The notes: a model not told the origin generated them from the sequence alone. A stretch of DNA of 64,000 nucleotides from the human T2T-CHM13v2.0 reference genome, Homo sapiens (GCF_009914755.1 NC_060943.1); one strand, 5' to 3'; positions 31,296 to 46,084 are shown, numbered from the stretch's first letter. Translations and numbers: made by a program.

Positions 31296-34200
31296 CCTGT
31301 CCTAGAGTTTCATAACTGCATTCCTTGTGCATCTTGTCTGCCCAGCAGTGCTGTCCCCTTAGTGGGCACCCAGGGTCTCTCTGGGTTGGGCCCCTGCTGA
31401 CCCTTCCATCACTGCATTTCTTTACTTCTCCTATACTGCATATTCCAGCATTTGGAGCTCTCTATAGCCCCTGAGTGTGCTGTGCTATTCCTGCCTTTGG
31501 GCCTCTGCTCATGTGTATCTGGCATGGTCCCTTCCCCTTTTGTCTGACGGCCTCTATCTTTTTACCCCCGGCCTGGCTGTCACCTCCTTGGTGCAGCCTT
31601 GTCCCGCATCACTTCTCATCCTCTGAGGCCAGTCCCTCCCTCTGAGGGGGCCTCCATTTTGTCCATTACACACCAGCTTTCAGCTGCAGGGGGGTGTTAC
31701 CCAGGCAGCTTCTCTGGCTCTGTATCTGTGTGGTTCCTGGCGTCTAGCAGGTGCCAACAAACACATGTGGAATTAACTTTAAGGCACTGCATGTGCTTTT
31801 CCAAGTGTGCATGTCACAGATCTGTGTGTGACCCACACAGATTTGTATGTCTGCCCCTGCAGACATACAAATGAATATAGAATCAAGGTGTACCTCCCAT
31901 TACTCTCTGGACCCCTGGGTGTCGGTGGCCTCATATTTGCTTCTCTGTGACCCAGACAGGACTTGGAGAGCTCTAGAGTGATTCTGAGGAAACCCAGTCC
32001 CCTTTAACCCAAACAGGTGACCTAACTGTTCCAGACTACTGGGGAAGCTCTGGTCACAGGGGACATGCGACCTGTCTTTTGGCTCTTTCCCTTCACTCCT
32101 CTAAGCATGTGGCTGAGTAGCCTGCAGACAGATGGCCTGTCCCTTCCGTCCTTCCAGACCAGCCCCCTTGGAGATGGCCCTGGGCAGGGAGAAGGCAGGC
32201 CCCAAAGCAGCCTCCAGGTCCCGGGAGAAAAGCATAGTTGCTACCCTGGTGTTGTTGGTAATGACTTGGCAGTGGAGGGAGGAGGGTGCATACCTCCAGG
32301 AGGATAGTAGCAGGGGAGCCACGGAGTAGCTGCCCCATGGCTTGGGTACTGTGCTGCAGATCTCATCGCTGAAGGTGTGGCTAAGGCTGTCCCACCAGGT
32401 GTTTGGGATGCTGTCTGGCCCCTATACCAGCCCCACTCAGGGCCAGAGGGCTCTAAATGAGTCACTCAGCTCTGGCTTTGCCAGGTGGCCCAGGGTAGGG
32501 GGATGCCTCAGGTGGGCACATCACGGTGCTGCCAAAGACTCAAGGAGGAAGAGGGGTGTGTCTGGCCACTACCCAGAGCTCACTCAGGGTACTAGGGATG
32601 GAAGGGAAGAGGAGGGGAATGCTGTCTGACCTGACAGCATTGCACAAGTCAGCCGTCCTGCAAGGTGGCTCTTTGCTGCTTTTCTTCTCGCTGGTTCTCC
32701 CCTGTCCTTCTCTAGCTGGGATTCCAGCTCTAGTCAGCCAGTGACATCTCCCCCGTACCCAGGCCAGTGAGCCAGATTTTTTTCCAAGCCTCAAGTCAGG
32801 CAGGTTCGGGGAGGAGACAGCCTCTCAGGCGAGTGAGCTCTAGAGGCCCTTCCTCGGAGAAGCCCAGCCCTCCTCCTCCTCCCTTCTTGGCCCTCTCCTC
32901 TCCCTGGGCCTCTTCCCCACGTGGCTCATTACAACTCCAGTTGTTCAGGTCTTGACCTCAAGAGCCTTCCCTATTGACCCCTGACCAGCGATACTAATCT
33001 GTGTCAACAGGCCCCAGGGGTTAAAGAAACACAACCCGCCGCTGCCGCCTTAGCAGGTGCCTGGAGGGGGCGGGGCGGCTCCCGGGAGCAGCCGGGCGGC
33101 TGCGGGAAGGCACTTCTTAGGCGCCGCCTCCTCCTCACAGCGCCCGCCTTCTCCGCTCCGGCTTCATGCTCTCCAGGTTTCTCCACTTCCTTTGCAGACC
33201 TCCCTCCTGCCGATTACCCACTCCTCTGTGCCCCATTTCCCTTCTGTCTTTCCTTTGCTGTCCACTCTGCTTGCAGGATTTGGGACCAAACGCCCTCAGG
33301 CATCCAGGTGGTGCCCGGGTTGATATGCAGCTGCCTGCCCTTGCACCTCTGGGGGCTTGTTAAAATGCAGATCCTGGGGCTTGTCCAAGTGGGTAGGTCT
33401 GGGCAGGGCTCGTGAATCTGCATTTCCACCTAGTACCCAGGTGCTGTTGGTCCTCCAGGCTTTCCCCCTGCCTCTGCCAGCTGCTGCCTCTCTGAGATGT
33501 GCTCTTTTGTCTCCAGGAATGGAGCCATCCTTAGGAGACAGAGGCACACTGCTGGCCATCTAGGCTGGGGGTAGAGCCCAGATGGGAGCCCACCTGGATG
33601 GCACGAACCACCTGAGTGATCCCCCTGTTCTCAGAACACAGGTGGGTCACCTGAGGATGTCCTGGTGACGATGCAGGAGCTGCCAGGCAGGACCACCATG
33701 AGTCACTGGGGGTCATGCCAGTGAGCTTCCTGCGCTGCTGGCCCTGGCTCTGCTGAGGGCCATGTCAGGGTGAAGGGGGCACACTCCTGGCTTAGATAAG
33801 ACAATCCAGATTCTCTCAGAGAAACAGTCACATGTCAGACATGTGCCCTTTCTTGGGCTGAACCTAGAGTTGTTCATAGCCTGGCCTTAACCCTGCCGAT
33901 TCCATATACTGTGCTCATCTCGACCCAGTTGAGGCTGTGCTTCTGTGCTTCTTGGAACGGCTCGGCTCCAGGGCCGTGAGGTTGGCACCCCCTGCACCCG
34001 TCCACACACACAGACCAGAGGAGTGAGGATGATGAGGACAGGGACATTAATCACAGTTCTGTTCTGCCTGGCACTGCAGCCCAAGTCCCCAGGAGTCTGT
34101 GTCTTCCCATGTTCCCTTCGTCCTGTTCACAGGGAGGTGGAAATCCAGACAGAAACCTGCCTTCTCCTCCATCCCCACTTGAAGCTGCTGGTACTGCCTC

Positions 34201-37200
34201 TGGCCATCCAGCCTTAAGACGTCCCTTCCTTCCGTGTGGCCCCACAGCCACAGGCTGCCCCTCCTGCACAGTGCACACATGTCTGGCAGGAGATGGCCCA
34301 GAGAAGGTGCTAAGCAGAATGCGGGGTAGGGCTTCATCAGGGCCTGGTGTGCTGGGTGGTTTGACAGTGTTTTGTGGGGGTCTTTCCTGTAGCTCCAGGA
34401 AACCTAGATGGGGGTCAGGCTGGCTGAGGGAGCACCCTTGGGTGCTGCCCTTTTTCCGAGTGCTCTGCTTCTCTTTGACTTTACTCTCTATCCCCTAGTC
34501 ACCCCAACCCACTCCTTTTCCTTCTTCCTCTTGGCTGTAGCTCCCTCACAGGGCTGGGGAGCAATAGACAAACTCTCCAAAAATATTTTTTTTAAGTTTC
34601 CCAAACTTTTCCAGATGCCAAGAAGGGGCCAGGGAAACTGCAACTGCAGAGGGGGGAAGGGGAGAGGAAATGTTCCAAGGCCTTCCCTCCCTTCCGCCTG
34701 GAGGCGAGGATAACTATGGGAGCAGGGTGACTCTGGTGCCCTCAGACAGTCCACCTGGAAGGGAGAAAGGCCCCTAACCATCCCACCCTTGCTACCCTCC
34801 AGCCCATCCTCCATCCTCATTCCCAAAGCCCCCAGCAGCATGTAGAGGTAGAGGCAGAGAAGGATGTCAGTGGGGCACCTAGGAACTTCTGGGGTTCAGA
34901 AGGGTGGATTTGGGACATATACCCCCACCAGTTGAGGGAGGTCAGGAGCTGAGAAGTAGGAGAATCTGTCCCCAAGGGCTCCCTCCCTGGGAGTCTGGGG
35001 CCTGATAGAAGAACCTGCCACTGCTGGGGTTGAGGTGTGGGGGAACAGACAGGAGGGGGTGGTGTGTGAGGACAGTACAGGGATCACTGCCCTCCCCCAG
35101 TCCCACCCTCAAGGGGTGCTGCCCCCACCTCTACCATTCTGTCCATCCACTCCCTGGACACCTCCTAAAACAAAGGCCTCTTTGTGGTCCTGGCCTACTG
35201 GCCTGCGGCCAGCGGCATTCTTTGCGTGTTTCCTGAGCACGGATCCCAGCTTCGTGGTCAGCTCCTCCCCCACCCAGCCTGCTTCCCGGCCTGACTCCTG
35301 GTAGCTCAGAGCAGTCCCCTCTCCTGTCCTGCCCAGGGTCCTCCCCCAGTTCCCGTCTCTACCGTGGACAGATCTGGACAGAGAAGGGAAACTCCCAGGA
35401 GCTTGGCCACTGGGCCTTCGGTGGGGGTTGGGGGACAAGTGGAGGTTCAACTCCATCCCAGCTCCAGCTGACTTTGGTGGGTTTCGCCGAGCCTCTGTTG
35501 ATATGTTCTCATCTGTAAAGATGGGGAAAATAACCACCCCTTGGGGCTATCAGGCAGATTCAATGTCTCCAAAACACAGAGCTCCTGCTTGCCGCAGAGT
35601 GGAAGAGGCAGTGTGTAACTCGAGCTCCCCATTTCTGCACTGCTCCCTGGGTTCCTAGGGGGCTGGAGGTGGGCTTGGTGGGCGGCTGAGGAGCTCAGAG
35701 GAGTCTCCAGAGTCTTGGGTGGGACGTTTCCCTGCACTCCTGTGGGTGCCCCAAACCTATGGCCCACTCCTGGGAGTGCTGAGGCCAGTACCCCAGGGAG
35801 TCCTACTCCAAGAGTCGGAGCTGGGTCCGTAGCAAGTGGCCTGCCTGTCCTAGGCCTGGTCTTGCTCTGTGTGCCCCCAGCCCCTCCTGGCATCCATGTC
35901 ACTCTGTAACAGCAGTGGGGCGTCCTCCCTGGGTTAGGCATACAGGGTGGTTGGTGCCTAGAGCCCTGAAAATAGCAGACCTGAGGAGGGCGGGGGTAGG
36001 GGGACCAAGGAGGGATGGCCCAGCTTTTGGAGAACACTTTCGAATGTCAGCAGATGCACACCCTTCAGTCACCAGCCACAGTCACACACAGAGACACACA
36101 CAGTCCTAATGAAGTCCTAGATCACTGCTTTGGGGGGTTTTCCCCCCCTCTTGTTAAAAAATGTTCATAATTTGGAAAGAAAAGGAGCTTTTTACAAGCT
36201 GGCGGCTCTAGAGAACTTTCCGTCGGTTCTTTCTGGCCTCGTGATGGGTGGGGCCCACTTTTCCCTTCCTTCTCTCTCTCCCCCGCTCTCCTAATAATCC
36301 CCCCTTTCCAGCCTCACCAAACACACACACCCTTTAGGAGACCTCCCGCCGGCTGTCACCCCAAGAAAGCTGGAGGAAAGCCGAGGACCTGTCTGTGCCC
36401 TCCTGGGCCCCATCCAAGCGCCAGGCACAACCCTCCCCCCCTCCCCACTCCTCCCTCCCACTTAGAGGTTGGCCCCCACAGGCCTAGAGTCTTCAGATTG
36501 CTAAGCTTCCCAGAATCTGTGCCTGGACCCAGGCCCAGCAGCCTGCCTGCCCTTCCCCGAGGGCCTGCCCCACTCTCCCGCAGGGTGAGGGTCCCCCGAG
36601 TCCTTCTTGCATCCGGGGGCCCCGCCAGGGAGGGCAGTGCTGAGCTCACCGCCTCGGCATCTGCCCTCCCCCTGCCTCTGGTGCGAGGGCCGGCCGCACT
36701 CCCGCCAGTGCCTTGCTCCCTAATAGCTTTTTAAGTCCAACCACATGTGTCTGTGGAGTGAGGAGCCGCCCCTCACGGGGCCTCGGCTCTCCTCCTCCCT
36801 CAGCCAAGACCACCCTCCACTTGGAGCAGCCTCAGGGCTGGGGGAGGGGGGGGTCTGCCTCCTGAGAGCCCATCTGCTCGCCCCGGGCCTAGCTGAGGAA
36901 GAAGGGGGCGGGGGTCTCTTTTGGGAGTGTCGCGTGAGGCCAGCCCTCAGGCTCGGCTGGCCCCAGGTTCCCCAGCCTCTCCTCTGGGTCCTGCAGTCTA
37001 GGATCCTCTCTCTCTGTAGGGCAGGCCAGGAGGGACTGGCTTCTGGGTGTGGGAGCCTGGGTGAGGAGTCCTCATCTCACCTCGCGCCTCCCTGGCCAGG
37101 GACTTTGGCCAGCAAATCTCTCCTTGCACCCAGCCCCACGGAGGTGACCCCCCAGTCGCCCCTCAACTCAATATACGTGTGGTTCCCTGTGCGTGTGAGT

Positions 37201-37932
37201 GGTCTGTGGGGAGGCCTGTGGGGTGCGGTTTCGCAGGAGGGGAGTGAGGGCTGAAAAGCAACGAGCTAGCAGGCTTGGGGTCCTAATGAGAAAATTGCTT
37301 CCAGCCAGGGAGCCCTGCTCTGCGGCTGAAATTGCATCCAGCCCCAGCCAACTTTGCTGCCGCAGTACCCGCCCTTCGGAAGGAGTTGGGGAAGCAGGCG
37401 GGCAGGGGGAGGAGCGGGCTTTGCACATGACTCAGGCCCCCCCACCGCCCCGTTCTATATGAACACACCTTGAAGAGTCTCTTCTGCCTCACGGGGAGGA
37501 GCTTGAGGGTCAGGCTTGGCTCTGGACCCGACCGTTTGATCCTTGGGAGGCAGAGGAGGGAGTGGGGAGGGATTTCCTTTCTGTTTTGCTCAGTTCTGCT
37601 GCACTTATGAGGTGCTCACTGTGTGCAGAGGGCTTGGAGAGGTGAGCTTGCATAGGCTGGGCCCACATAGGGTGGGCCCACCCACCCGGTGGTATTCACT
37701 CTTACTGTTAAAGGGTGTTAGGAGCACTTTGTTTTCACAAAGATCCTGCGTGGAGTCCCGCCTTCTAGGATGCTTCATTTGAAATTCGGCCTCCCTGGAG
37801 TGGGGTGGGACCCTCTTGCCTGTCCTTCCACTCGGGAGCCCAGTGCCTACACCCGAGGCCAGGGAACCCAGGGGTGAAAACCTGGCTTAGCTACATTCTT
37901 CTTTCTGTTCCTCACTTACTTGGACCATTGAG

Positions 37933-38051
37933 CAGAATCAGCTGCAGAATTTGTGGGGCCCAGTGCAAAATGCAAACTCAGGGCACCTTGTTCAAAAATT
38001 AAGAATTTCAAGACAGCAACAGTGGAAGTCAAGGTTATGAAGCCAGCCCTG
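37933..38051 (-). mobile_element. MER45A-like, internally deleted
   Basis: gggcccagtgcaaaatg...ccttgttcaaaaattaagaatttcaagacagc...tgaagccagccctg; similar to the copy at 12009. Confidence 0.65.
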
Positions 38052-39577
38052 CTTCCAAGGAAAGCTGGTACCACCCAGCAGCCCACTGGTTCAGGGGCTG
38101 TGGCCTTTGCCCTGATCTGAAACAGGAGGTTCCACCTGCTTGTTTCCTGGATCCTGGGGAATCTCTTCCCAACCTGGGACGGTGGTCTCCCTGCTGCTGC
38201 ATCCCTCAGAGACTCTAACTTTCTGGATTTTAGAGATGTTGCTTAGGGAGGAGGGCTATGAGGGGAGGGAACAGAATGAGAATGGATCACACCTTCAGTG
38301 CTTAGAGAGTCTCAGGGCAAGGCCGCACTTGTCACCCTTAGGTGAACCTGACAGTGGAACCATATCCCTGGTGAGGTGGAACCTGCAGCCTGCTGGGCCC
38401 AGCCAGTAGCGGGTCAGTGGGACCTTCCCCTCCTCGGGTGGAGCCTCCCCCACCAATGACAAGTTCTGACGGCTGTGCCTGTGCAGAGCGGGGAGCGAGC
38501 AGGAGTGCTTGGAGGGAGGGAAGCAGGCAGGAGGAAGGAAACAACCCCATTGTCATCCCCCAAATTACTGGCTGGGATGGCAGGGGAGGAGGCGGAAAGC
38601 CGACATTGTTTACTTAATTAAAAGTAAACAACAATTTGCCGCTGCCAGCCTCCCATTAGCTGTGTGCGAGGAGCCCTACGAGCTGCAGACTCGGCTTTCG
38701 CTCCCACCAAGCCGGCTCCTGATGCCACACCCCCAGCCTCGGCTCCCCAGGGCCCCGGGCCCTCCCCTGCTCATGTCCTCCTCAGGCTGAGGAGAGGGGA
38801 ACAAGCTATTAAAAGTAAATAAATACATAAAAAGAAAACCCACTAGTGTCTCAGAGTCCTGTGGGTCAGGATAAGAATGTCAGAAACTGTCATGTGGCAG
38901 GCCAGCATGGGGCCTAGAGACCCCTGAGTGTGTACACTGAGGTCTGGTTGTGGTGGGCTGGGCAGGGCAGGGGGCACTTCTTTGTCCAGTAAGCCAGATG
39001 TTGGACTACCTGGGGAAGGCAGCCCCTCCCTTCCTCCCTCCCTCCCCGCAACCGAGGCCCTAGTCTATACTACCTGGAAGCCTGGGCCTCTCTGCCCCAA
39101 CTCCCACTTTTTCCTTTTCCCTTTTAGCAGCTTATAAACATCCTTCTCCCATCTTTTTGGCTCTGCTCCCAGAAGGGGGCTGTTCAGGGATCCTGGAGGG
39201 CTGGGGAGAGAGGCAAGCTCCTTGGGGCCTGAGGGGAGAAAGACAGCTGGAACTGGCCCCACCCCCAGGACAGTACAGCTACAAGTGACCCTAGGAACAG
39301 GGGAGGGGGTTGCCCTAAGTTGGGGTGAGGTGGGGACCCTCCCAGCTCCTGCTTCTCTGGAGCCTTCAAGCAGGAGGGGTGGTTGGATGGCAAGAGGGGT
39401 TTTGCATGGGCTTCCACCAGGCTCCAGGGGCTAAGCAGGACACCTTTCCAGGGATCTGTCCTCAGGAAAGCCCTCACCTCTCCTGTAGGCCCTGCCTGCA
39501 ATTATGTAGAGCACAGGCTTCCATCTGGACCTCGGTAGGCATGACCTGAGGCCCATGACTTTAAAAGCTCAGGATGT

Positions 39578-39941
<364 letters not shown>

Positions 39942-40982
39942 TCAGGGCCCGGATACTGCAGGGAGAGAAGTACAGGAGCACATGAAACGTACCCAGCTTT
40001 ATGAAACCATTGCTGAGCCTCCTTCTGGGGGCCAGACAGGCAAGGTGGGGAGGGGTAGGTCTGAGAAAAGAGCTAGACTGAGTGAATGAAACAGCCCCAA
40101 TCCCCAGGGTGTGGGGGTTGAGAACCCTGGTCTGGAGTTGGTCCCTCCAGGAAGATGTAGGTCCCCACTCTTCCCCGGAGCCACCGTCTCACCTTTCTCT
40201 TGTCCCATCCCCCATCCTCATTTGCCTCCTCTCATCTTAGTCCTCCACCATTAGGATTCACACATCCACATGCACGTGCACACAAGCGCATAGATCCCGG
40301 GATTCGTGCACATCGGGATTTTCACATGCACTCACACACATAGACAAATCTGGGAAGTCTGTCCCATACTTAATTGAATTAAAGGACTGGGGTTTGGCAG
40401 GACATTGTGTATCTGAGCTGCAGCCTCTTGCAGCCGTTTCAAGGGCTGATGGTTCAGTCTCCCTGTAATTCCAGCCGCTGCTGCTCCCTGTGGGCAGGTG
40501 GCTGGGTCTGCGCCTGTCGCCTCTCCCCTTCCCCTTCTCTCTCCTTTTACTTCCTAGGCCAGAGCCCCCCAGCACAGGGCCTGGGGAGGCTGGGGACACC
40601 CAGTGTATTCCTCCTCCCTTCTCCCACTTGCATTCTGGGAGCTAGTGGGAGGTTAGGGCCTCCTGAGGAGGAGGTACCCCCAGCGTGAGGCCAGGGGACT
40701 GTCAGAATAGAACAGTCCAGGCAAATCCCTCCTTCCAGGTTTTCTGCTGCCCATTCTTGGAGTGGGAGCTGGAGGCTGCTTGCCACTGGTTGGAAAGTGG
40801 ACACACTTCTTGGCCAAGTGTAAGCCACCTGGCTTTAAAAGGTGGAGAGTCTGGTCTAAGGACTTTGGGGAACCCTACTGGAGTGGCCAGGAGCCATAAT
40901 GATTGGGGGAGTGGTGCCAGCAGATGGGGTGTGCTGCAGGGCAAGAGGGATGCTTTTTTTTTTTTTTTCTAATTTGATTTAA

Positions 40983-41301
<319 letters not shown>

Positions 41302-42070
41302 AAGAGGAACGCTTTTGGCCTCCATTTCTTCCCTCCACTTCAGCCTCTGCTTTGGCAGGCTCTGGGGTGGGAGTAAGCCTGTTCTCAGCTCCCCTTTACT
41401 AGGGACAGGTAATTCCACTCTGGCTGCTCCTTGGAGAACAGAGTGGATGAACTCAGTCCCCACCTCTCAGAGGGACCTAGTACAGAGCCCAGCCCCCACT
41501 CTGAGGAAGCCTTGGATGGGCCATTCCTGGCCCAGAGCCTGAGGCCATTGGAAAGGGCCTATATCTGGAACGGGTGAAGGAGAGAGCCCGGGAGCCTCAC
41601 TGTGGGTGGGAGGGGCGTGGTCAGCCAGCCTTGCCTCCTGGGGCATCAGCTCCCAGCTTGTGCTGCACCCTCTGACCACAACTTTGTGGGGCGCCTGCTG
41701 TGTGCAGAATCTACCCCGAAACCTATAGCTTAGGAGAAGCCTGGGTAAGCTGCTAATGGCTGGTAGTATGGGTGTCCAAGGACCTGTTGGAGGAGCCCAG
41801 TCCAGCCCTACATGTGTGACCCTTGGTGCCTGGCAAGGCGGGGGGGTAGGGAGCAGCCCTCGCACAGCCAGCTAGACTGTTTTGCTCTGGGGCCTGAGGA
41901 TTGCGGGGCCAGGGAAGCAACCAGGCCCAGTCTGGGGCCCTGTGAAGCGATCTGCACTGCCCAGGGTCAGGGGGATGGGGGGGTCGGCCTCACCTCGGCT
42001 AACCTCCCAGCGGAACAAAGGGGCCTTTCTCCACGCCCGCCCGGGAGGGTGTGCCCGCCCGGCTGCTGCC

Positions 42071-42089
42071 GCCACTGCAGAGGGCGCTG
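42071..42089 (+). promoter_or_regulatory. Candidate CTCF site in a CpG-rich patch
   Basis: GCCACTGCAGAGGGCGCTG fits the CTCF core. Confidence 0.5.
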
Positions 42090-42790
42090 ATTTTTTTTTT
42101 CTTCCTGACTTTTCTCCATTTCTGTCTCTGGTTCCTGATCTCTGACTTTTATTCTCCATTTTTTCACTTTTTATGGGGATGGGGTAGAGATCTTCCTTTT
42201 CAAGTGTTTACCAATTGCAGAGACAAGTCTGCACTGCCAAAAGGTGAGGGCATCCTGGGTGCGTTAGGAATACTCCGGGAGTCACGTGGCCTTAGACCCC
42301 CCCCTCCCCCCCAAATCGAGGGCAGCTCCGTTCTGAAAGAAGCAGGCAGGATTCAGAGCGGCAGCCACACAGGGTGGGACCGGGCTCACTGGATAACCCC
42401 CAGTCAAGCTATGCACCTGGCAGGTCCCCCGCCTTCTATTCGCCCACCCATTTCGCAGTCCCCTTTCCATCCGGCCCATGCACCGCAAGCTGTTCCTAAT
42501 CAATGCGAACGGGAAACTCGGCCCTCATATCACGGGATGTGTTTGGCAGCGACAGCAACAGGAGCCGCTGCCACGGGCAGCTCCTTCCTTGGTGCATAAA
42601 CCAGGGTCCCAGTGGCCTGGGCCTGAGTGGGTTCTTCTCCTTCCTCTTGGGACCCCCTGGGTATGCAGAGGGAACCACATCCCCTGGAGCTCTGGGCCGG
42701 TCGCTGGCCGCGCCCCGCCGCAGCCCTCGGAGGGCAGCTAGTGTTAACTCGCTGCGCCACCTAGCTATGGCGTCCAGGAGTGCAGCGCTT

Positions 42791-42841
42791 CGCTCCCTGA
42801 ACCGCGTCGCTTCCTGAGCCGCGCCGCTCCCTGAGCCGTGC
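42791..42841. repeat. 17-bp CpG-rich tandem repeat x3
   Basis: cgctccctgaaccgcgt / cgcttcctgagccgcgc / cgctccctgagccgtgc. Confidence 0.9.
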
Positions 42842-44045
42842 TGCTCGGCAGCCTGGGGAAAACCTCTTTTTGGTCCTTCAGGGAGCTATGAATGAGGAAT
42901 TTGGCAGCTGTCAGTCGGAGGATCAGTGTCACTTTGTTCCTTCAGCAGCCTTTGCTGTCCTTATGCAAGCTTGGTACTTTATAGTATATAAAACTCAAAG
43001 TTAAAATATGTTAAAAAAAAATCTGTAAAAATCCCCACTCACATCTCATGTTGCTGAGCAGGTCTTGGTTGTGTTGCACCAAGAAGCAGGAGAGACACAC
43101 TGGAGGTCTAACAGCAGCAAGTCTAGGATTTGGAGCCTAGGCTTCTGATTCCAGGCCCAGGGCTCTATGCAGCACTCGGTGCCGTCCTATTCAACCCATC
43201 CCTGCCCAGGCTCTTAGGGCTCCAAGCTGGAAATTTGCAGTCAAAGGCCCAGATTCCTCGTATTTCCTCTGGACAGCTCTGGACAGTGGCTGCCTTCGGG
43301 TCTCCAGGGCAAGGAGAAGAGCAGGCCTGCGAGAGAGTGCTCTGCCTTCCCCTGCTGTGCTGTTCTCAGTGAGGCTCCAGTTCCTTCCTCTGGTCATTCC
43401 AGCCCTTGAGTATGGTGCAAGTATGTTCAGTCCTGTGTCTGGAACCAGCTCGGCTTTGCAGGAAGATTAGCAGCATCAGGGTTTCCACATTAATTCACTG
43501 GACATGAGTGTCGGTGGTTGGGCTGCAAGAAAGCTATTCTTTCTTCAGGAGGGGGAAGATGTCAGCTAGCTGGTGCCTCTGTTCCCTGGGTGGTCAGTGT
43601 AGCCATGGTTTGAAGAAGGATCTAGAAGGGTCTCTTTGGAGTCTTATCATCCACTGCAGCTGTGCTTTGAGATGTGGGGGATGTAGCAGCAAACAAAACC
43701 AACAGAGAGGGCTTGTCCTCAAGGGGCTGATGGTCTAGTGGGGTGTTCCTGGTCAGGACCTCCTGGCCTGAGTGGCCTGGTGGCCAGGTCTCTGGGGCTC
43801 TCATGCCTTCCAGAGCTAGAGCCTCCCACTTCCCCAGCCATGGACCAGCCAGAGGTTCCCTGTGTAGGTGGGATTTGGAGGAAAGGCTGTTTAGTTTCCA
43901 GCCTCCAGGTGGGAGAAGGGCCCCACTTAAACATCTGATTATGGTGGGCATTTGTGTTTGTTGCTTGTCCATGAGCCCAGGGTCAGTCCCTGCTCCACCA
44001 AGGCAAGTCTCTGGGTGAAGGAGGCCCCTTTGGAGTCACCAGCCT

Positions 44046-44095
44046 GGGTACTGAGTGCTCTCTCACAGGGGTATTGAGTGCTCTCTCACAGGGGT
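44046..44095. repeat. 23-bp tandem duplication
   Basis: gggta(c/t)tgagtgctctctcacag x2. Confidence 0.9.
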
Positions 44096-46084
44096 TGAGG
44101 AAGTTAGCACCTGAGGAGGGGAGGCAGGTGGCTTCAGCCTAACTCCCACTTCCCCTTCCCCACAGGGTGAATTGAAGTCGGTGGGTTCTACAGTTCTAAT
44201 CCCAGGCCCTGAGGTTTCCTGGATGGATTCTTCCAAGGAAAGGGAACAGTGGAGGGAGGCAGGAGCAGAACCCTGCTTAAGGCCAGAAAGAGAGCAGGGG
44301 GCAGAGAGAGGTGGTGGGGGAGGCTGATGCTCCCCAATCCCTGCCGACCCTCTGTCCTTTTTGATTTCCTCAGGCAAATAGGCAGAGAGCTTAGGGACCT
44401 TCCCCTGCCCTGGGCTAAAGTGAATTTCCTGCTCTATAGGGTCTCACTTCTTCCACCTTCCTTTTCTTAGCCAGTTGTTCCTTCTCTGAGCCTTCTCCTT
44501 TTCCTTTTCTTCTTCCTTCCCTCCCTTCCCCAGAAGCATTCAGGGGTGGGTGAGTAGGGGCTCCTTGTCCTGGGGTCTCCCCAGTTCCTCACTCTGCTGA
44601 GTGCCCACCAGACAGATGCTGGCAGCTGCATGCAGCCCAGCAGTTGTGCACACAAAGCCACTCTTGAGTATCTTTAGGAAAGTTTTCCTCTTTCTGTTTT
44701 TTTTTTTCTTCGCCCAAAGGAATAATTTCCTCTCTGCTCTTTTTTGTTTTTGTCCCCTTTCCCTGCCTCTCTCAGAATCTTGTACTGTACTGCTCTGATT
44801 CTTCTTGCCCCAGTCTTCTTTCTTTGCTTTGGCCCTGATTCTCTACTGTGGCTCCTCCTCTCTCTCCCTTTCTCTCTATCTTTTAGTTTTAGTTTTGTCT
44901 TTTGGTTGCTCTCTGGCTCTGGGGCTTCCTGCCTTCTCGCATCCCTCCTCCAAACTCCTGCTTGTCCCAGGCGCATCCCTTGAGTGGCCTGCAGAGCCTC
45001 CGCCTCCTGTTTCTCATACCAGGTTGGCATTAGAGTCTGGAGGACTCTGTCCCTTTATGAATAATTAGACCAAGGGCAAGTGTATTTGGGGGTAGGAGGA
45101 GGGTGATGCCCAGCCCTGGGAGGTTGGGACACTATTAATAGCCCTAAGAGCAGCTGGGGGTGAGGGTGATTGTCTGGCCAGCCTGTCCTGTCCTGGGCAG
45201 CTCAAAGGGCCAGAAAGGGCAGTGCTGGAAATAGAGAAAGCGGGTGGGGGTGGAAGAGCAGCTCTGCAGGCCCCTTGCTGGGATGGGACCCCCCCCTCCC
45301 CAGGGCCCCTCTCTTTTCTTGACATGTGGGGTATGGAGGGCATTCTCCACTGTCAGTTTTTCTTCGTCAAGTTGGGGAGGGGATAGAAGCTTCAGGGGCT
45401 GGGGGCCGCTTGCCTGGACCCCACCATCACATGACTCTTGGCCCCAGGCCCTCTCAGAAATGCTGGCTCCAGCTGCCGGCTGAATCGTGGCACCAGCCAG
45501 CACTGCCAGGAGAGGCGCCTGGCCTGGACGCCCATGGGCCTGTGCCTGTGCTCCTGGTTTTCTCAGCTCTCTGTATTCCAAGGCTGGGCTGGGCTGGGCA
45601 GGCCTTGGGCCTAGCACTCCCAGAGTCTAGGGGGACAAGCTCTATCCTCCCTTTTCCCTGTTGGCCCTCTCTCCCCCACCCCTGTTTCTAGTATGGTGAC
45701 TGTCTTGAGACCGTTGGATGGCTATTGCACACCGATGTGGGGAGGGATATGCCTGTACAGGTGTCTGCCCAGGCTCTGCCATTATATTTGCAGAGAAACC
45801 TCTCTGTTGCTCTTTGTAGATGGTAGTGGGCCAGGCCCCAAGGGAGCCCCTCTGTTCACTGGCAGTGGTCCCTGGGTCAAGACACCAAAAACTGCAATCT
45901 AGGACACACTCACCATGTACTCAAGAGCGTGAGCTCCTGGGGAGGGGAGCTGAGGGTCAGCCACAGCTTCCCCCACCAGGGTGGGAGGTGGCATTTGAAC
46001 AGAGTTGAGAAGGAGGAATAAGCATTCAGCAAATGGAGATGAAGGGAAATAGTAATCCAGGTGGAAGGACAGGCGACATTTATG

